This document shows positions 17,563 through 27,165 of a stretch of DNA of 64,000 nucleotides, piece by piece. Position 1 is the stretch's first letter. Every line of letters begins with the position of its first letter. Below the pieces are notes generated by a model, which made no database searches, was not told the origin of the DNA, and worked only from the letters and a program-made list of their open reading frames with translations. The DNA comes from Candidatus Berkelbacteria bacterium (GTDB lineage Bacteria > Patescibacteriota > UBA1384 > DTJR01), in the NCBI GenBank assembly GCA_029865605.1, contig JAOUGE010000004.1:2562-66561 (forward strand), in the 5' to 3' direction. The position numbers and the translations under genes are program-made.

Positions 17563-19280
17563 GCCAAAATAAAACGTGCAAGCAGTGTAATGAACAATTT
17601 ATCGTTGAAGACGAAGATCTAGAGTTCTACAAAAAAATCTTTCCGACTTTTGCCGGTAAAACTTATCATATCCCGCCGCCGACGCTGTGTCCGGATTGCA
17701 GGATGATAAGACGGCTTCTTTGGCGCAACGAGAGAGCCCTTTATAAACGGAAATGTGAACGTACGGGTAAAGAAATTGTATCGATCTATTCTCCCGACAA
17801 AAAGCATTTTAAGGTGTGGAATCAAGACGAGTGGTATAAGGACAATTGGGACCCGCTCGATTTTGGGAGGACATATAACTCTTCCGAGTCGTTCTTTAAA
17901 CAGTTTTATGAATTGCAGCAAAATGTCCCGCGTCCCGCAATGAGTTTTTTTAATTGCGAAGATTGCTATTATTGCAATTTCGTCTGGAATGCTAAAAAAT
18001 GTTATCTCTGTTGGGCAACGATGGATCTTGAGAATTGTATGTATTCGACGAGATCATTTGAATCGGTCGGATGTGTTGACTGTATTGATACGAGAAATAG
18101 CCAGCATTGCTACAGTTGTCTTGACTGCGAGAATTGCTATAAAGCTAGGTACTCAGAACGATGTAAGGATTGCTCAGAGATTTCTTTTTGTTTCGACTGT
18201 CGAGGATGTAAAAATATCTATCTTTGCACGAATCTTAGGAACAAACAATATTATATTCGGAACAAGCAGTACAGCCGCGAAGAGTATTTCCGTGTTTTAG
18301 AAAAAAATGCGGGGAGCATATCGCGGGGGAAGCAAGATACTGCCGAGTTGAAAGAGATGGAGGAAAAGTCAATTCATCCTGAAAATTACAACCTGAAGTG
18401 TGAGGACTGCTCGGGGGATTATCTGACCGAATGTAAAAACTGTTCTGAGTGTTTTTTGGTCGCCAAATCTGAAAGCAGCAAGTATATTTTGAGCGGAAAC
18501 CAGAATATAAATCATAGCTACGATATATACCAAAATGTAGATAGCGAATTTAGCTACGAAGGAATCGGCGGCTCGGGATATAAAAATATTTTTTGTGCTT
18601 GGATGATGCGCGGTAATGATAATTATTACTGTAATTTTTGTGAAAGCTGCTCAAATTGTTTTGGTTGTTTTGGGTTGAAACAAAAACAACACTGCATTTT
18701 AAACAAACAGTATTCCAAAGAGGAATACGAGAAGATTGTGTCTGAAATAATAGAGAAAATGAGCAAAGACAAGGAATGGGGCGAATATTTTCCCTCTTGG
18801 TCAGCGCCATTTTGTTACAACGAGACTATGGCAAATACCTGGTTTCCAAAGTCCCGTGACGAAGCGGTGAAGCTTGACGCCAAATGGCAAGACAATGATT
18901 ATATCCCGAATTATTCGGGAGATTATTACTCGCCTAAAGACAAAATTGAAGAATACATTGGCAACAAAGAAGAACAGGAAAAAATGGTGGAAGGGGTACT
19001 GAAGTGCGAGGTTTCGGGAAAACCATTTAAGATTATGCCTCAAGAGCTTAATTTTTATATTGAGAACAAAATTGCGATACCGACTAAGCACTATGAAGTT
19101 AGGTACTTGGAGAGATTTAATCTTAGGAACCCCCGCAAGCTTTACCGTCGCCAGTGTATGTGTGAAGAACCGGGACATAATCATGAGGGAAGATGCAAAA
19201 TTGAGTTTGAGGCTACCTACGCACCCGATCGGCCGGAGAAGATTTATTGTGAAAACTGTTATCAAAAGACGGTAATATGA
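17559..19280 (+). CDS. cysteine-rich paralog B2
   Basis: 573 aa; ATGA overlap with the B1 stop; conserved family termini. Confidence 0.8.
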   Translation: MSQNKTCKQCNEQFIVEDEDLEFYKKIFPTFAGKTYHIPPPTLCPDCRMIRRLLWRNERALYKRKCERTGKEIVSIYSPDKKHFKVWNQDEWYKDNWDPLDFGRTYNSSESFFKQFYELQQNVPRPAMSFFNCEDCYYCNFVWNAKKCYLCWATMDLENCMYSTRSFESVGCVDCIDTRNSQHCYSCLDCENCYKARYSERCKDCSEISFCFDCRGCKNIYLCTNLRNKQYYIRNKQYSREEYFRVLEKNAGSISRGKQDTAELKEMEEKSIHPENYNLKCEDCSGDYLTECKNCSECFLVAKSESSKYILSGNQNINHSYDIYQNVDSEFSYEGIGGSGYKNIFCAWMMRGNDNYYCNFCESCSNCFGCFGLKQKQHCILNKQYSKEEYEKIVSEIIEKMSKDKEWGEYFPSWSAPFCYNETMANTWFPKSRDEAVKLDAKWQDNDYIPNYSGDYYSPKDKIEEYIGNKEEQEKMVEGVLKCEVSGKPFKIMPQELNFYIENKIAIPTKHYEVRYLERFNLRNPRKLYRRQCMCEEPGHNHEGRCKIEFEATYAPDRPEKIYCENCYQKTVI

Positions 19281-20986
19281 GTATCAATCAAACCTGCAAA
19301 CAGTGTCAAAAGGAATTCTCGGTCGACAATGAAGAATTAGCCTTGCTAGATAAACTTTCTCCAACTGTTGGCGGACAAAAGCTAGATATTCCTGTACCAA
19401 CACACTGTTTTAGCTGTAGGGCAAAAAGACGTTTAGGCTGGCGAAATGAAAGGTCGCTTTACAATCGCAAATGTGACAAATCCGGTAAAGAGATTGTTTC
19501 AGTGTATCCGCCCGATTCGGAGTATAAAGTCTTTGAACAAAAGGAGTGGTGGGGCGATGGATGGGATGCCAAGGATTATGGGCAGGACTTCGATTTTACA
19601 AAATCCTTTTTTGAGCAGTTTGCAGAACTAAATAAAAAAGTCCCTAAATGTGCACTCCTAAATAAAAATCCGGATAATAGTGATTACCTAAATCGCGCCG
19701 AAGATAATAAAGACAGTTATATGTCTTTTGACCTTGGATGGAACGAAAAAATTTTTTATTCAAGGACTATTTATAATTGCAACAATCTCATTGATTGTAC
19801 TTTTTGTAGAGATCATTGCTCTTTTTCTTACGAATGCCTGAATTGTAATTCTGTTGTTAGCTCTAGTTATTGCATTGATTCTTCCAAACTATCTGAATGC
19901 CATTTTTGTTTTAATTTGCATGGTTGCCAAAACTGTATATTTTGCGCCAACCTGCATAACAAACAATATTGTATTGAAAATAAACAGTACTCCAAAGAAG
20001 AATTCGAGCAAAAGCTGAAAGAATATGACTTTGGGTCTTATCAAAAAATTCAGGAATATAAAACTAGATTCGCCAATATTGTAAAAAGTTGTGTTCATAA
20101 ATATGCGAGTAATTTAAAATGTGAGAATTGTAGTGGGGATTATCTTGAAAATTGTAAGAATATTAAAATCAGTTTTGGGGTGAAGAATTCTGAAAATGGA
20201 AGATATATGTTCGATTCCGAAAGAGGTAAAGATACAATGGATGATTGCTTTTCTGGCGGTGAGGGAGCAGAACTAAATTATGAAGTGCTTGGAGCTGGCT
20301 GGCCATACAACACGAAGTTCAATAATTCGTCGTGGCACTGCTCAAATGTCATTTATATAAACTTTTGCCAACACTGCAAGGATTGCTTTGGATGTTCGAA
20401 CATGAAAAGAGCACAGTACTGCATCCTGAATAAGCAATATTCCAAAGAAGAATACGAGAAATTAATACCCAAGATCGTGGAACATATGAAAAAAACAGGC
20501 GAATGGGGCGAGTTTTTTCCACTTCAGATGTCTGAGTTTAGTTATAACGAATCTGTTGCAAACGAGTACTTTCCTCAATCCAAAGAAGAAGTTTTACAAA
20601 ACGGTTGGAAGTGGAAAGATAAAGTCGACAACCTGGTACCGTCATCCGGTTATGTAATTGCGGACAATATTAATGAGATAACAAATGAAATTTTAGAAAA
20701 GGTATTAGTTTGTGAAGTCACCAAAAGACCTTATAAAATTCAGTCCCGGGAGCTCGCATTTTATATCGAACAAAATATCCCAATTCCTCACAAGCATCCC
20801 GATCAACGTCACCACGAGCGGCTTTCATTGCGCAACGCACTAAAGCTCCATCACCGCCAATGTATGTGCGAGGAATCTGACCATGACCATTCCGGGCGCT
20901 GTCCCGTTGAGTTTGAAACTACTTATGCTCCAGATCGGCCGGAAAAAGTGTATTGTGAAAACTGTTATCAGAAGACGGTTATATAA
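19277..20986 (+). CDS. cysteine-rich paralog B3
   Basis: 569 aa; ATGA overlap with the B2 stop; conserved family termini. Confidence 0.8.
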   Translation: MSINQTCKQCQKEFSVDNEELALLDKLSPTVGGQKLDIPVPTHCFSCRAKRRLGWRNERSLYNRKCDKSGKEIVSVYPPDSEYKVFEQKEWWGDGWDAKDYGQDFDFTKSFFEQFAELNKKVPKCALLNKNPDNSDYLNRAEDNKDSYMSFDLGWNEKIFYSRTIYNCNNLIDCTFCRDHCSFSYECLNCNSVVSSSYCIDSSKLSECHFCFNLHGCQNCIFCANLHNKQYCIENKQYSKEEFEQKLKEYDFGSYQKIQEYKTRFANIVKSCVHKYASNLKCENCSGDYLENCKNIKISFGVKNSENGRYMFDSERGKDTMDDCFSGGEGAELNYEVLGAGWPYNTKFNNSSWHCSNVIYINFCQHCKDCFGCSNMKRAQYCILNKQYSKEEYEKLIPKIVEHMKKTGEWGEFFPLQMSEFSYNESVANEYFPQSKEEVLQNGWKWKDKVDNLVPSSGYVIADNINEITNEILEKVLVCEVTKRPYKIQSRELAFYIEQNIPIPHKHPDQRHHERLSLRNALKLHHRQCMCEESDHDHSGRCPVEFETTYAPDRPEKVYCENCYQKTVI

Positions 20987-21020
20987 AAGATAAAAATTAA
21001 TCTTTAATTTAGGAGATAAT

Positions 21021-21308
21021 ATGGCAGATGAAAAACCCACCGAAAGCAGAAAACAGAGATTGGCCCGGGAGCTGAAGGCGGAAACAACTAAGACCTTTGC
21101 TACACTTCTGACTTCGGCTTTTGGCCTAATTGCCGCCTTTGCCTGGAATGACTTTGTCAGGGGGACAATAAACCGCTACATTGCGCCGGGTCAGGGGCTT
21201 AAATCCCAGCTGCTTTACGCTATTTTGGTAACGCTTTTGGCGATAGTTGTGTCTTTCCAATTAGGCAAACTGGCCGCACGCTACAAAGCGGACGACGAAA
21301 GTAAATAA
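21021..21308 (+). CDS. small membrane protein, unknown function
   Basis: 95 aa, two TM helices, RBS AGGAGA upstream. Confidence 0.45.
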   Translation: MADEKPTESRKQRLARELKAETTKTFATLLTSAFGLIAAFAWNDFVRGTINRYIAPGQGLKSQLLYAILVTLLAIVVSFQLGKLAARYKADDESK

Positions 21309-21351
21309 TTGTACTAATTAGTTATGTTATAATGTATTAAAAGAAGAGCCT

Positions 21352-22539
21352 ATGGAATCTCAATCTAGTCGAGCCTTAATTATTTTTCTCGTTGTATTAA
21401 GCTTCCTAGCCGGCATATTAGGAGGAATTGGCGGGATTGCTTTAGTTTCCTCGTCCGAGACATTGCAAAGAGGTCTCGGCATCTCCGAAAGCGGGGTTAA
21501 GCTGCCCGCACCGGAGAGAATAGAAAATATTACAGTTAAGGAAGACTCGGCAGTAATAAGCGCGGTTAGAAAAGTATCTCCCTCGGTCGTAAGCGTTGTC
21601 TTCACTAAGGATGTCAAGGTAATTAACCCTTTTAGCTTTTTCGGGGAAGGGGAATCTATCCAGCGTGAACAGGGTAGTGCTACGGGCTTTATCATCACCT
21701 CGGAAGGTCTAATCGCCACCAACAAACATGTGGCAAGCGTGGAAGGCGCTGATTATCAAGTGATTACCCCGGATGGCAAGCAATACAAGGCGGAGGTAGC
21801 TTCTTTAGACCCCTCGACCGATTTTGCAATTCTTAAAATCGATGCTAAGGGTTTGCCGGTGGTTGAGTTTGGCGACTCCGATAACGTCGAGGTAGGCCAG
21901 AGAGTGGTGGCAATCGGCAATGCTCTAGGTGAGTTTCAGAACACGGTTACCGTCGGTGTTCTTTCCGGCAAGGAAAGAACACTTGAGGCAGCCACTGCTA
22001 CTGGCGAATCGGCTTCGACCCTGGAAGGTCTTCTTCAAACTGATGCGGCAATCAATGAAGGAAATTCCGGCGGGCCGCTAATTAATTTAAAGGGGCAGGT
22101 GATTGGCATTAACACCGCAACCGCCGCTAAGGGCCAAGCGGAAGGACTTGGTTTTTCGATTCCCGTTAATTCGATTAAGACTGCCATTGAATCATATAAA
22201 AAGTACGACAAGATTGTCAGGCCTTACTTGGGAGTTCGATACGCTATGGTCGACCAGAAAATTGCTGCATTACGGGGCTTGAAAGAGGAGAAAGGAGCTT
22301 TGGTTTATGGCGACTCAAGCCGAGGTCTGGACGCGGTGGTTAAAGGTTCGCCGGCTGAGAAAGCGGGTATAAAAGAAGGCGACGTAATCTTGAAAATTAA
22401 TAATGATGAGGTCAAGGCCGGAAGTTCCTTGGCGCGACTTTTGAGCAAATATCAGCCGGGCGATGAGGTTACAATAAAAATTTTGCGTGACGGTAAAGAA
22501 CAAGATGCAAAAGTGAAACTTGGGGAAATGCCAAGCTAG
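21352..22539 (+). CDS. htrA: HtrA/DegP-family serine protease with PDZ domain
   Basis: N-terminal TM, trypsin-like catalytic motifs (TNKHV, DFAILKI, GNSGGPLIN) and C-terminal PDZ. Confidence 0.85.
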   Translation: MESQSSRALIIFLVVLSFLAGILGGIGGIALVSSSETLQRGLGISESGVKLPAPERIENITVKEDSAVISAVRKVSPSVVSVVFTKDVKVINPFSFFGEGESIQREQGSATGFIITSEGLIATNKHVASVEGADYQVITPDGKQYKAEVASLDPSTDFAILKIDAKGLPVVEFGDSDNVEVGQRVVAIGNALGEFQNTVTVGVLSGKERTLEAATATGESASTLEGLLQTDAAINEGNSGGPLINLKGQVIGINTATAAKGQAEGLGFSIPVNSIKTAIESYKKYDKIVRPYLGVRYAMVDQKIAALRGLKEEKGALVYGDSSRGLDAVVKGSPAEKAGIKEGDVILKINNDEVKAGSSLARLLSKYQPGDEVTIKILRDGKEQDAKVKLGEMPS

Positions 22540-22574
22540 CTTTGCTAGCTAAGTAAGAAGTAAAGAGTAAAATT

Positions 22575-22860
22575 CTAAAAATTCGAGGTGATGCCGTCCC
22601 GACCGCTGTTGGCGTGTCGGGACGGCATTGGGCAGAGGGTCAGGGCCCCCGCAGACAACCGAGGCAGACCGGTTGTCCGCTGGGATCGTTGGTCAGAAAT
22701 GTATCCCGTCCGTGGATCCCTTGGGGACACCGACCGCGGAAGACGAGGGCGCGACGATGGGGCTCTGGGAGCCAGCCTAACAGCTGCCGCAACAGCTTTA
22801 TCATCGCAATCACCTCTTATTTTCGAGCATAGCAAATCTAGTACGGTTATTTAAGTCGTT
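22575..22860. other. GC-rich (~60%) non-coding island; candidate structured ncRNA
   Basis: Convergent intergenic region between htrA (+) and prmC (-). Contains a perfect 13-bp-stem hairpin (22591-22628) and the hairpin GACAACCG-N8-CGGTTGTC. Both strands are open but encode only Arg/Ser/Pro-rich junk. Confidence 0.35.
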
Positions 22861-23682
22861 TCGGAAAATAGTTTTGAGTTGATATTTTTTTGTATATTCT
22901 CCAATTTCTGTTTTTTGACGCGGATCGATTTCGAGGATGGCCAGGCCGTTTTTTGCAAGACGGTTAGGCAAATCGCGAATTAGTTTTTCTATTAAATCGA
23001 GCCCATCTTTTCCGCCGTTAAGCGCGATTTTCGGTTCGTTGTAAATTGAATTTTCAGGGATAATATCAGCACTTGGCAAATAGGGGAGATTAGCCAGAAC
23101 CAGATCAAATTTTTGAGGCAGTTTTGGATTGTCCAAAAGATCGCTTTTTAAAAAAATGATTTTTGTTTTATGAATTTTAGAGTTTTTTCGGGCAACGGAA
23201 AGCGCTTTTTCACTAATATCAGTGGCATAGAGTTGAATTGTGAATTGTGAATTGCGAATCATGAATTTTCTTGATTCCTTATATAGAGAGACGGCAAGGC
23301 AACCTGTGCCTGTACCCACATCGATGATTGTTATTTTTTTATTCCTAATTCCTAATTCCAAATTCTTAATTCTGTCGTGCAGGAAGCTTAAGGCTTTTTG
23401 CACGAGCAGCTCCGTCTCGATTCGGGGGATAAGAACATCCTTATTTACAATAAATTCACGGCCGTAAAACCAGCTCTTTCCAACCGCGTACTGGTAGGGG
23501 AGTCCCCGCTCGACAATCGCCTTTTCCGCTTTTTTGAATTTTTTGCAAACGGCAGGGGAGATGGCCAAGTTTTTTTTGCGCAAGAATAACTGCTCTGACG
23601 AAATTTTAAGCAAATCCCCCGCTATCTTTTCTGAAATTTTTCGGTTGAGGATAGAGTCTTGCAGAAGATCTATCAGTTTCAT
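22810..23682 (-). CDS. prmC: release factor glutamine N5-methyltransferase (HemK/PrmC)
   Basis: SAM-binding [11 protein letters not shown] and an NLPY variant of the NPPY motif; overlaps the prfA stop. Confidence 0.7.
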   Translation of the reverse strand: MKLIDLLQDSILNRKISEKIAGDLLKISSEQLFLRKKNLAISPAVCKKFKKAEKAIVERGLPYQYAVGKSWFYGREFIVNKDVLIPRIETELLVQKALSFLHDRIKNLELGIRNKKITIIDVGTGTGCLAVSLYKESRKFMIRNSQFTIQLYATDISEKALSVARKNSKIHKTKIIFLKSDLLDNPKLPQKFDLVLANLPYLPSADIIPENSIYNEPKIALNGGKDGLDLIEKLIRDLPNRLAKNGLAILEIDPRQKTEIGEYTKKYQLKTIFRNDLNNRTRFAMLENKR

Positions 23683-24629
23683 GAGGGCGAAACGAAGCTT
23701 TCTAATTTCTTTCTTCTTTCAAAATCGGCAAGTTCATTTATCACTTTATCTAAGTCTCCGTCGAGTATTGTTTTCATATTGTTCCAAGATTTTGGAATTC
23801 GATGGTCGGTGATGCGGTCTTGTGGGTAATTGTACGTTCGTATTTTTTCGCTTCTGTCCCCTGTTCCTATCATCAAAAGCCGCGCTTCACGACCCTCTTT
23901 TCGCTTTTTTTCTTCTTCAATTTGCCATAACCTCGCGCGCAAAACACCGAGTGCTTTCTCGCGGTTTTTAAGCTGCGACCTTTCGTCTTGGGATGTGGTA
24001 ACCATTCCGGTCGGCAGGTGAGTAATGCGCACTGCCGAATCGGTTGTATTGACTGATTGGCCGCCATGTCCGGACGAGCGGAAAACATCAACTCTTATAT
24101 CTTCCGGCCGGATTTCGATTTCTCTTTCCTCTACTTCGGGCAGAACGGCAACGGTTGCGGCCGAAGTATGGAGCCGCCCCGATTTTTCGGTTTTAGGGAC
24201 TCTTTGGACTCGATGAACGCCGCCTTCGTATTTCAATTTTCCATAAGCGCCGAGCTCTGCGATAGAAATAATAGCTTCCTTAATTCCCCCAAGCGGAGTC
24301 TCGCTTTTTGAAATGATTGCCGCATTCAGATTTTGTTTCTCGCAAAACATCAAGTACATCCGGAGTAATTCTCCGGCAAAAAGTTCTGCCTCGTCCCCCC
24401 CTGTCCCGGAGCGAATTTCTACGATCGCGTTCTTTTCGTCGATTGGGTCGCTCTTGACAATCTCCTCTTCCACTTCGCGAATTTCCTCTTTGATTAACTC
24501 TTTAAAATCAGCATCGTCTGATGTTGCAAGCAGGTTTTTTAGTTCTTCGAGTTTATTAATTTTCTCTTCCATATTATTAGTATCACGTATCATCTGTTTT
24601 GTATCAAGTATCTCAAACAAAAGATACAT
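23679..24629 (-). CDS. prfA: peptide chain release factor 1
   Basis: GGQ motif ([23 protein letters not shown]) and PKT tripeptide (RF1-type PxT). Confidence 0.85.
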   Translation of the reverse strand: MYLLFEILDTKQMIRDTNNMEEKINKLEELKNLLATSDDADFKELIKEEIREVEEEIVKSDPIDEKNAIVEIRSGTGGDEAELFAGELLRMYLMFCEKQNLNAAIISKSETPLGGIKEAIISIAELGAYGKLKYEGGVHRVQRVPKTEKSGRLHTSAATVAVLPEVEEREIEIRPEDIRVDVFRSSGHGGQSVNTTDSAVRITHLPTGMVTTSQDERSQLKNREKALGVLRARLWQIEEEKKRKEGREARLLMIGTGDRSEKIRTYNYPQDRITDHRIPKSWNNMKTILDGDLDKVINELADFERRKKLESFVSPS

Positions 24630-24650
24630 ATACCGGATATTTGCTTATAT

Positions 24651-24965
24651 TTAGGAGTTCTTATCTTGCGCTTTGGCCGGTTTTTCTTTGGGCTCTCGGT
24701 CCTTCCCTTCAACAGCGATCTTCTTAGCCGCTTTTCTTTTTGAGGCTTCCGCCTTTATCTTCTCTGATTTTTCAAGTCGGGCTTTGAAGCGGTCGAGCCT
24801 TCCGGCGGTATCAACGAATTTCTTTTCGCCGGTATAGGCAGGGTGGCACTGCGAGCAGATTTCGACTTTAAGAGTTGGCACGGTTGCGCCAATCTCAAAA
24901 CTTGCGCCGCAGGCACAGGTAACTTTTGCTTTGTCGTAATATTTTGGGTGAATATCTTTTTTCAC
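24651..24965 (-). CDS. rpmE: 50S ribosomal protein L31 with Lys-rich C-terminal extension
   Basis: [10 protein letters not shown]...CxCG...[10 protein letters not shown] zinc-ribbon L31 signature. Confidence 0.8.
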   Translation of the reverse strand: MKKDIHPKYYDKAKVTCACGASFEIGATVPTLKVEICSQCHPAYTGEKKFVDTAGRLDRFKARLEKSEKIKAEASKRKAAKKIAVEGKDREPKEKPAKAQDKNS

Positions 24966-25016
24966 GAGATAAATGCTAACAGATAGTTTTCAAATTTTCA
25001 ACTCTTAAGATGCGAC

Positions 25017-25045
25017 GGCCCCGACAAGTTGACGCTGTCGGGGCC
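25017..25045. terminator. hairpin GGCCCCGACA-N9-TGTCGGGGCC between rpmE and downstream ORF
   Basis: Perfect 10-bp stem; shares the CCCGACA/TGTCGGG core with hairpins at 1617-1637 and 22591-22628. Confidence 0.35.
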
Positions 25046-25070
25046 GGTAGGCGGACGTGGTGGGTTGCTT

Positions 25071-25367
25071 CTAGTCGAAGATGGTGATTGCGAAGCTACC
25101 CACTGTTAGTCCTAGCAGGAGGGAGACGAAGCCGGCACCGAGGAGGGTTGCGCCGAAAGCGACATTCGCTAAAGATGCGGTGTCAATCGGCTCCTTTTTC
25201 TTCTGCTCGGTGCGGAGGATGCGAAACCCTACCGATGATGCGGCAAGGCCGAGCAAGATTGTCAGCACCGTGGCTCCAAGCATAGTTCTCTTCTCCTCCC
25301 ACCCTGGGTGAGCGGCGTTATCGTTGTCGGATGAACGTCGTCCGCCCGAGCGGGAGGAATGTTTCAA
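25071..25367 (-). CDS. small membrane protein, unknown
   Basis: 98 aa with two TM helices; could be a shadow ORF, as it overlaps the 5' extension of the next gene. Confidence 0.3.
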   Translation of the reverse strand: MKHSSRSGGRRSSDNDNAAHPGWEEKRTMLGATVLTILLGLAASSVGFRILRTEQKKKEPIDTASLANVAFGATLLGAGFVSLLLGLTVGSFAITIFD

Positions 25368-25404
25368 GTTGCGGATTATCCTAGAGATTATAGAATTAGA
25401 TTAT

Positions 25405-27147
25405 ATGAATGTCAAGGTAAAAAAGGCGATTTGGGCTGTTTTTTTGGTTTTAGTTACTGTGCTAATTGGATTGGCCTTCATTATCGTTCGAACCGGCTTT
25501 TTGTCTGATAAACCCGCAGTTTCTGAAAAAATAGGACTACCCACCAGCGAAAAAATATCAACCATCGTTGTTCCCCACTTTAATACTTTCCAAACCGAGC
25601 GGCGGGATTTTTTAAAGAAAATATCTGGCGAAGTTAGCCCCAAGAAAATCGTGGTTGTTTCTGTCAATCACTATGGATTGGGCGAGAAAGACTTCTTGAC
25701 GACTCAAAAATCATGGGATTTTTCAGTTGTCGACCCCAAAATTAATACTGAACTTTTTGATTCCTTAATTAAGTCAGGGCAAGTTGGCGCTGACGAAACC
25801 GTTTTTGAAAATGAGCACGGTATTAAAAATGTCCTTCCCGATTTAGCCGAATATTTTCCCGAATCTAGCTTCCTGCCGGTGATTGTTAAAGAAACCGCGT
25901 TGAGGGAAAAAACAAAAGAATTTTCCGGTTTGCTCTACAGTGAGTGCCCCGACTGTCTCTTGGTCAGCTCGATTGATTTTTCCCACTATAATCCGAACTC
26001 CTTAGCTCAAATTCATGACGTTATGTCACTCTCTGCCCTTAATAGCTTAGATGAAGAAAAAGCTTGGACAGCTGAAACGGACTCCCCCCAAGCGCTTCTA
26101 CTGACACTGCTCTGGGCGGGCAAGCGCAACACCCAAAAATTTAATCTTGAATTGAATTCCAATACGGGCGAGAAGGCGAAAAATGACGATATTGAAACAA
26201 CCAGTGTGATTCTGGGCTATTTTTCCTCCGGTGAAAAATCTCAATTTGGGAAAAAGACGACTTTCGTTATCGCCGGCGATGCGATGTTTGACCGATTTGT
26301 TTATCATAGCTTCAAAAGCAAAGGCCTCGAAGATATTTTTAAAAAATTTGGACCGAGAGTTTTTGCCGGCGCTGATTTGGCTCTTGTTAATCTTGAAGGC
26401 CCGATATCAAGCGGGCCAATAATCGATGACATCTCGCCGGATAATTTAATCTTTAACTTCCCGAGCAAAACTCCCGACGCCCTTAAATTTGCCAAGATTA
26501 AGGCAGTTTCTTTAGCCAACAACCACACTCTAAACGCAGGTGCTCAAGGGTTCAGCACTACCCAAGATATTTTGAGAAACAATTCAATTTTATTTGCTGG
26601 TCACCAGAGCCAGATTGGCGAGCAAAGTGTTCTGCGAGTTGAGGCGGAAATTCCTTTGAGTATTATCACAGTCAACTCTTTGGAGGGCTCAAACGGGGTT
26701 GGGGGACTGGTAGAAAAAGAAAAATCAGCTGGGCGGTTTGTTTTGGTTTTCCCCCACTGGGGGAATGAATATCAGAAAGTTCACTCCCCTGCCCAGCAAA
26801 AATTGGCTCGAAGTTGGATTGACTCCGGCGCCGACTTTATAGTTGGCTCACATCCTCACGTGGTTCAGGATTTTGAAATATACAAAAGCCGCCCGATCGT
26901 TTATTCTCTCGGCAATTTTGTTTTTGACCAAGGGTTTTCAAGAGAAACTCAAGAGGGGCTGATTTTAGCAGGGATAATCTCCGATAAAGAATTGCAGCTG
27001 ACTTTTTTACCGACCGAAGAGATTAGTATCAGGCCGCAATTACAGCAGGGAGATAAAAAAACAAAAAACATCGCCGAAATACTCGATATCAATTCCCAAA
27101 ATGGATTTGCGAAACTAAGTAGTGATACAATTAAAATAAATAGATAA
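25405..27147 (+). CDS. membrane-anchored fusion protein: MEMO1/AmmeMemoRadiSam-B-like domain plus CapA (PGA_cap) metallophosphatase domain
   Basis: Start taken at the internal ATG (MNVKVKK) preceding the TM helix. Middle region VVPHFNTF...VSVNHYGLGE...ENEHGIKNVLP is MEMO-like; C-terminus VIAGDAMFDR...LVNLEGP...HPHVVQ...SLGNFVFDQ is CapA-like. Confidence 0.55.
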   Translation: MNVKVKKAIWAVFLVLVTVLIGLAFIIVRTGFLSDKPAVSEKIGLPTSEKISTIVVPHFNTFQTERRDFLKKISGEVSPKKIVVVSVNHYGLGEKDFLTTQKSWDFSVVDPKINTELFDSLIKSGQVGADETVFENEHGIKNVLPDLAEYFPESSFLPVIVKETALREKTKEFSGLLYSECPDCLLVSSIDFSHYNPNSLAQIHDVMSLSALNSLDEEKAWTAETDSPQALLLTLLWAGKRNTQKFNLELNSNTGEKAKNDDIETTSVILGYFSSGEKSQFGKKTTFVIAGDAMFDRFVYHSFKSKGLEDIFKKFGPRVFAGADLALVNLEGPISSGPIIDDISPDNLIFNFPSKTPDALKFAKIKAVSLANNHTLNAGAQGFSTTQDILRNNSILFAGHQSQIGEQSVLRVEAEIPLSIITVNSLEGSNGVGGLVEKEKSAGRFVLVFPHWGNEYQKVHSPAQQKLARSWIDSGADFIVGSHPHVVQDFEIYKSRPIVYSLGNFVFDQGFSRETQEGLILAGIISDKELQLTFLPTEEISIRPQLQQGDKKTKNIAEILDINSQNGFAKLSSDTIKINR

Positions 27148-27165
27148 ATATGAGGCGGAGGGGAT

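Noticed and set aside
6349-20986. Whether the repetitive Cys-rich loci are a CRISPR array or simple tandem repeat
   Set aside because: The repeated units are 1.7-kb protein-coding paralogs with divergent cores, not short direct repeats with spacers, and no cas genes are present.
22588-22854. Overlapping ORFs on both strands in the 22575-22860 GC island (88, 86 and 72 aa)
   Set aside because: All frames are open because of GC richness, and the products are Arg/Ser/Pro/Gly-rich without an RBS. The region is treated as non-coding and as a candidate RNA.
22575-22860. Calling the GC islands tmRNA, RNase P RNA or SRP RNA
   Set aside because: I looked for hallmark strings: tmRNA tRNA-like ends and an ANDxxxALAA tag frame, RNase P GGAAAGUCCGGGC / ACAGAAA / AGGGCA, and SRP GGAAGCAGCC. 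Only a weak resemblance (GAGAAAGGCTGGGCAG at ~35110) turned up. That is not enough to name them, so a covariance-model search is needed.
25324-25404. The longer 25324 start for the CapA-fusion gene
   Set aside because: The upstream extension overlaps the minus-strand small ORF and encodes non-conserved residues. The ATG at 25405 (MNVKVKK) immediately precedes the TM helix and is the more plausible start.
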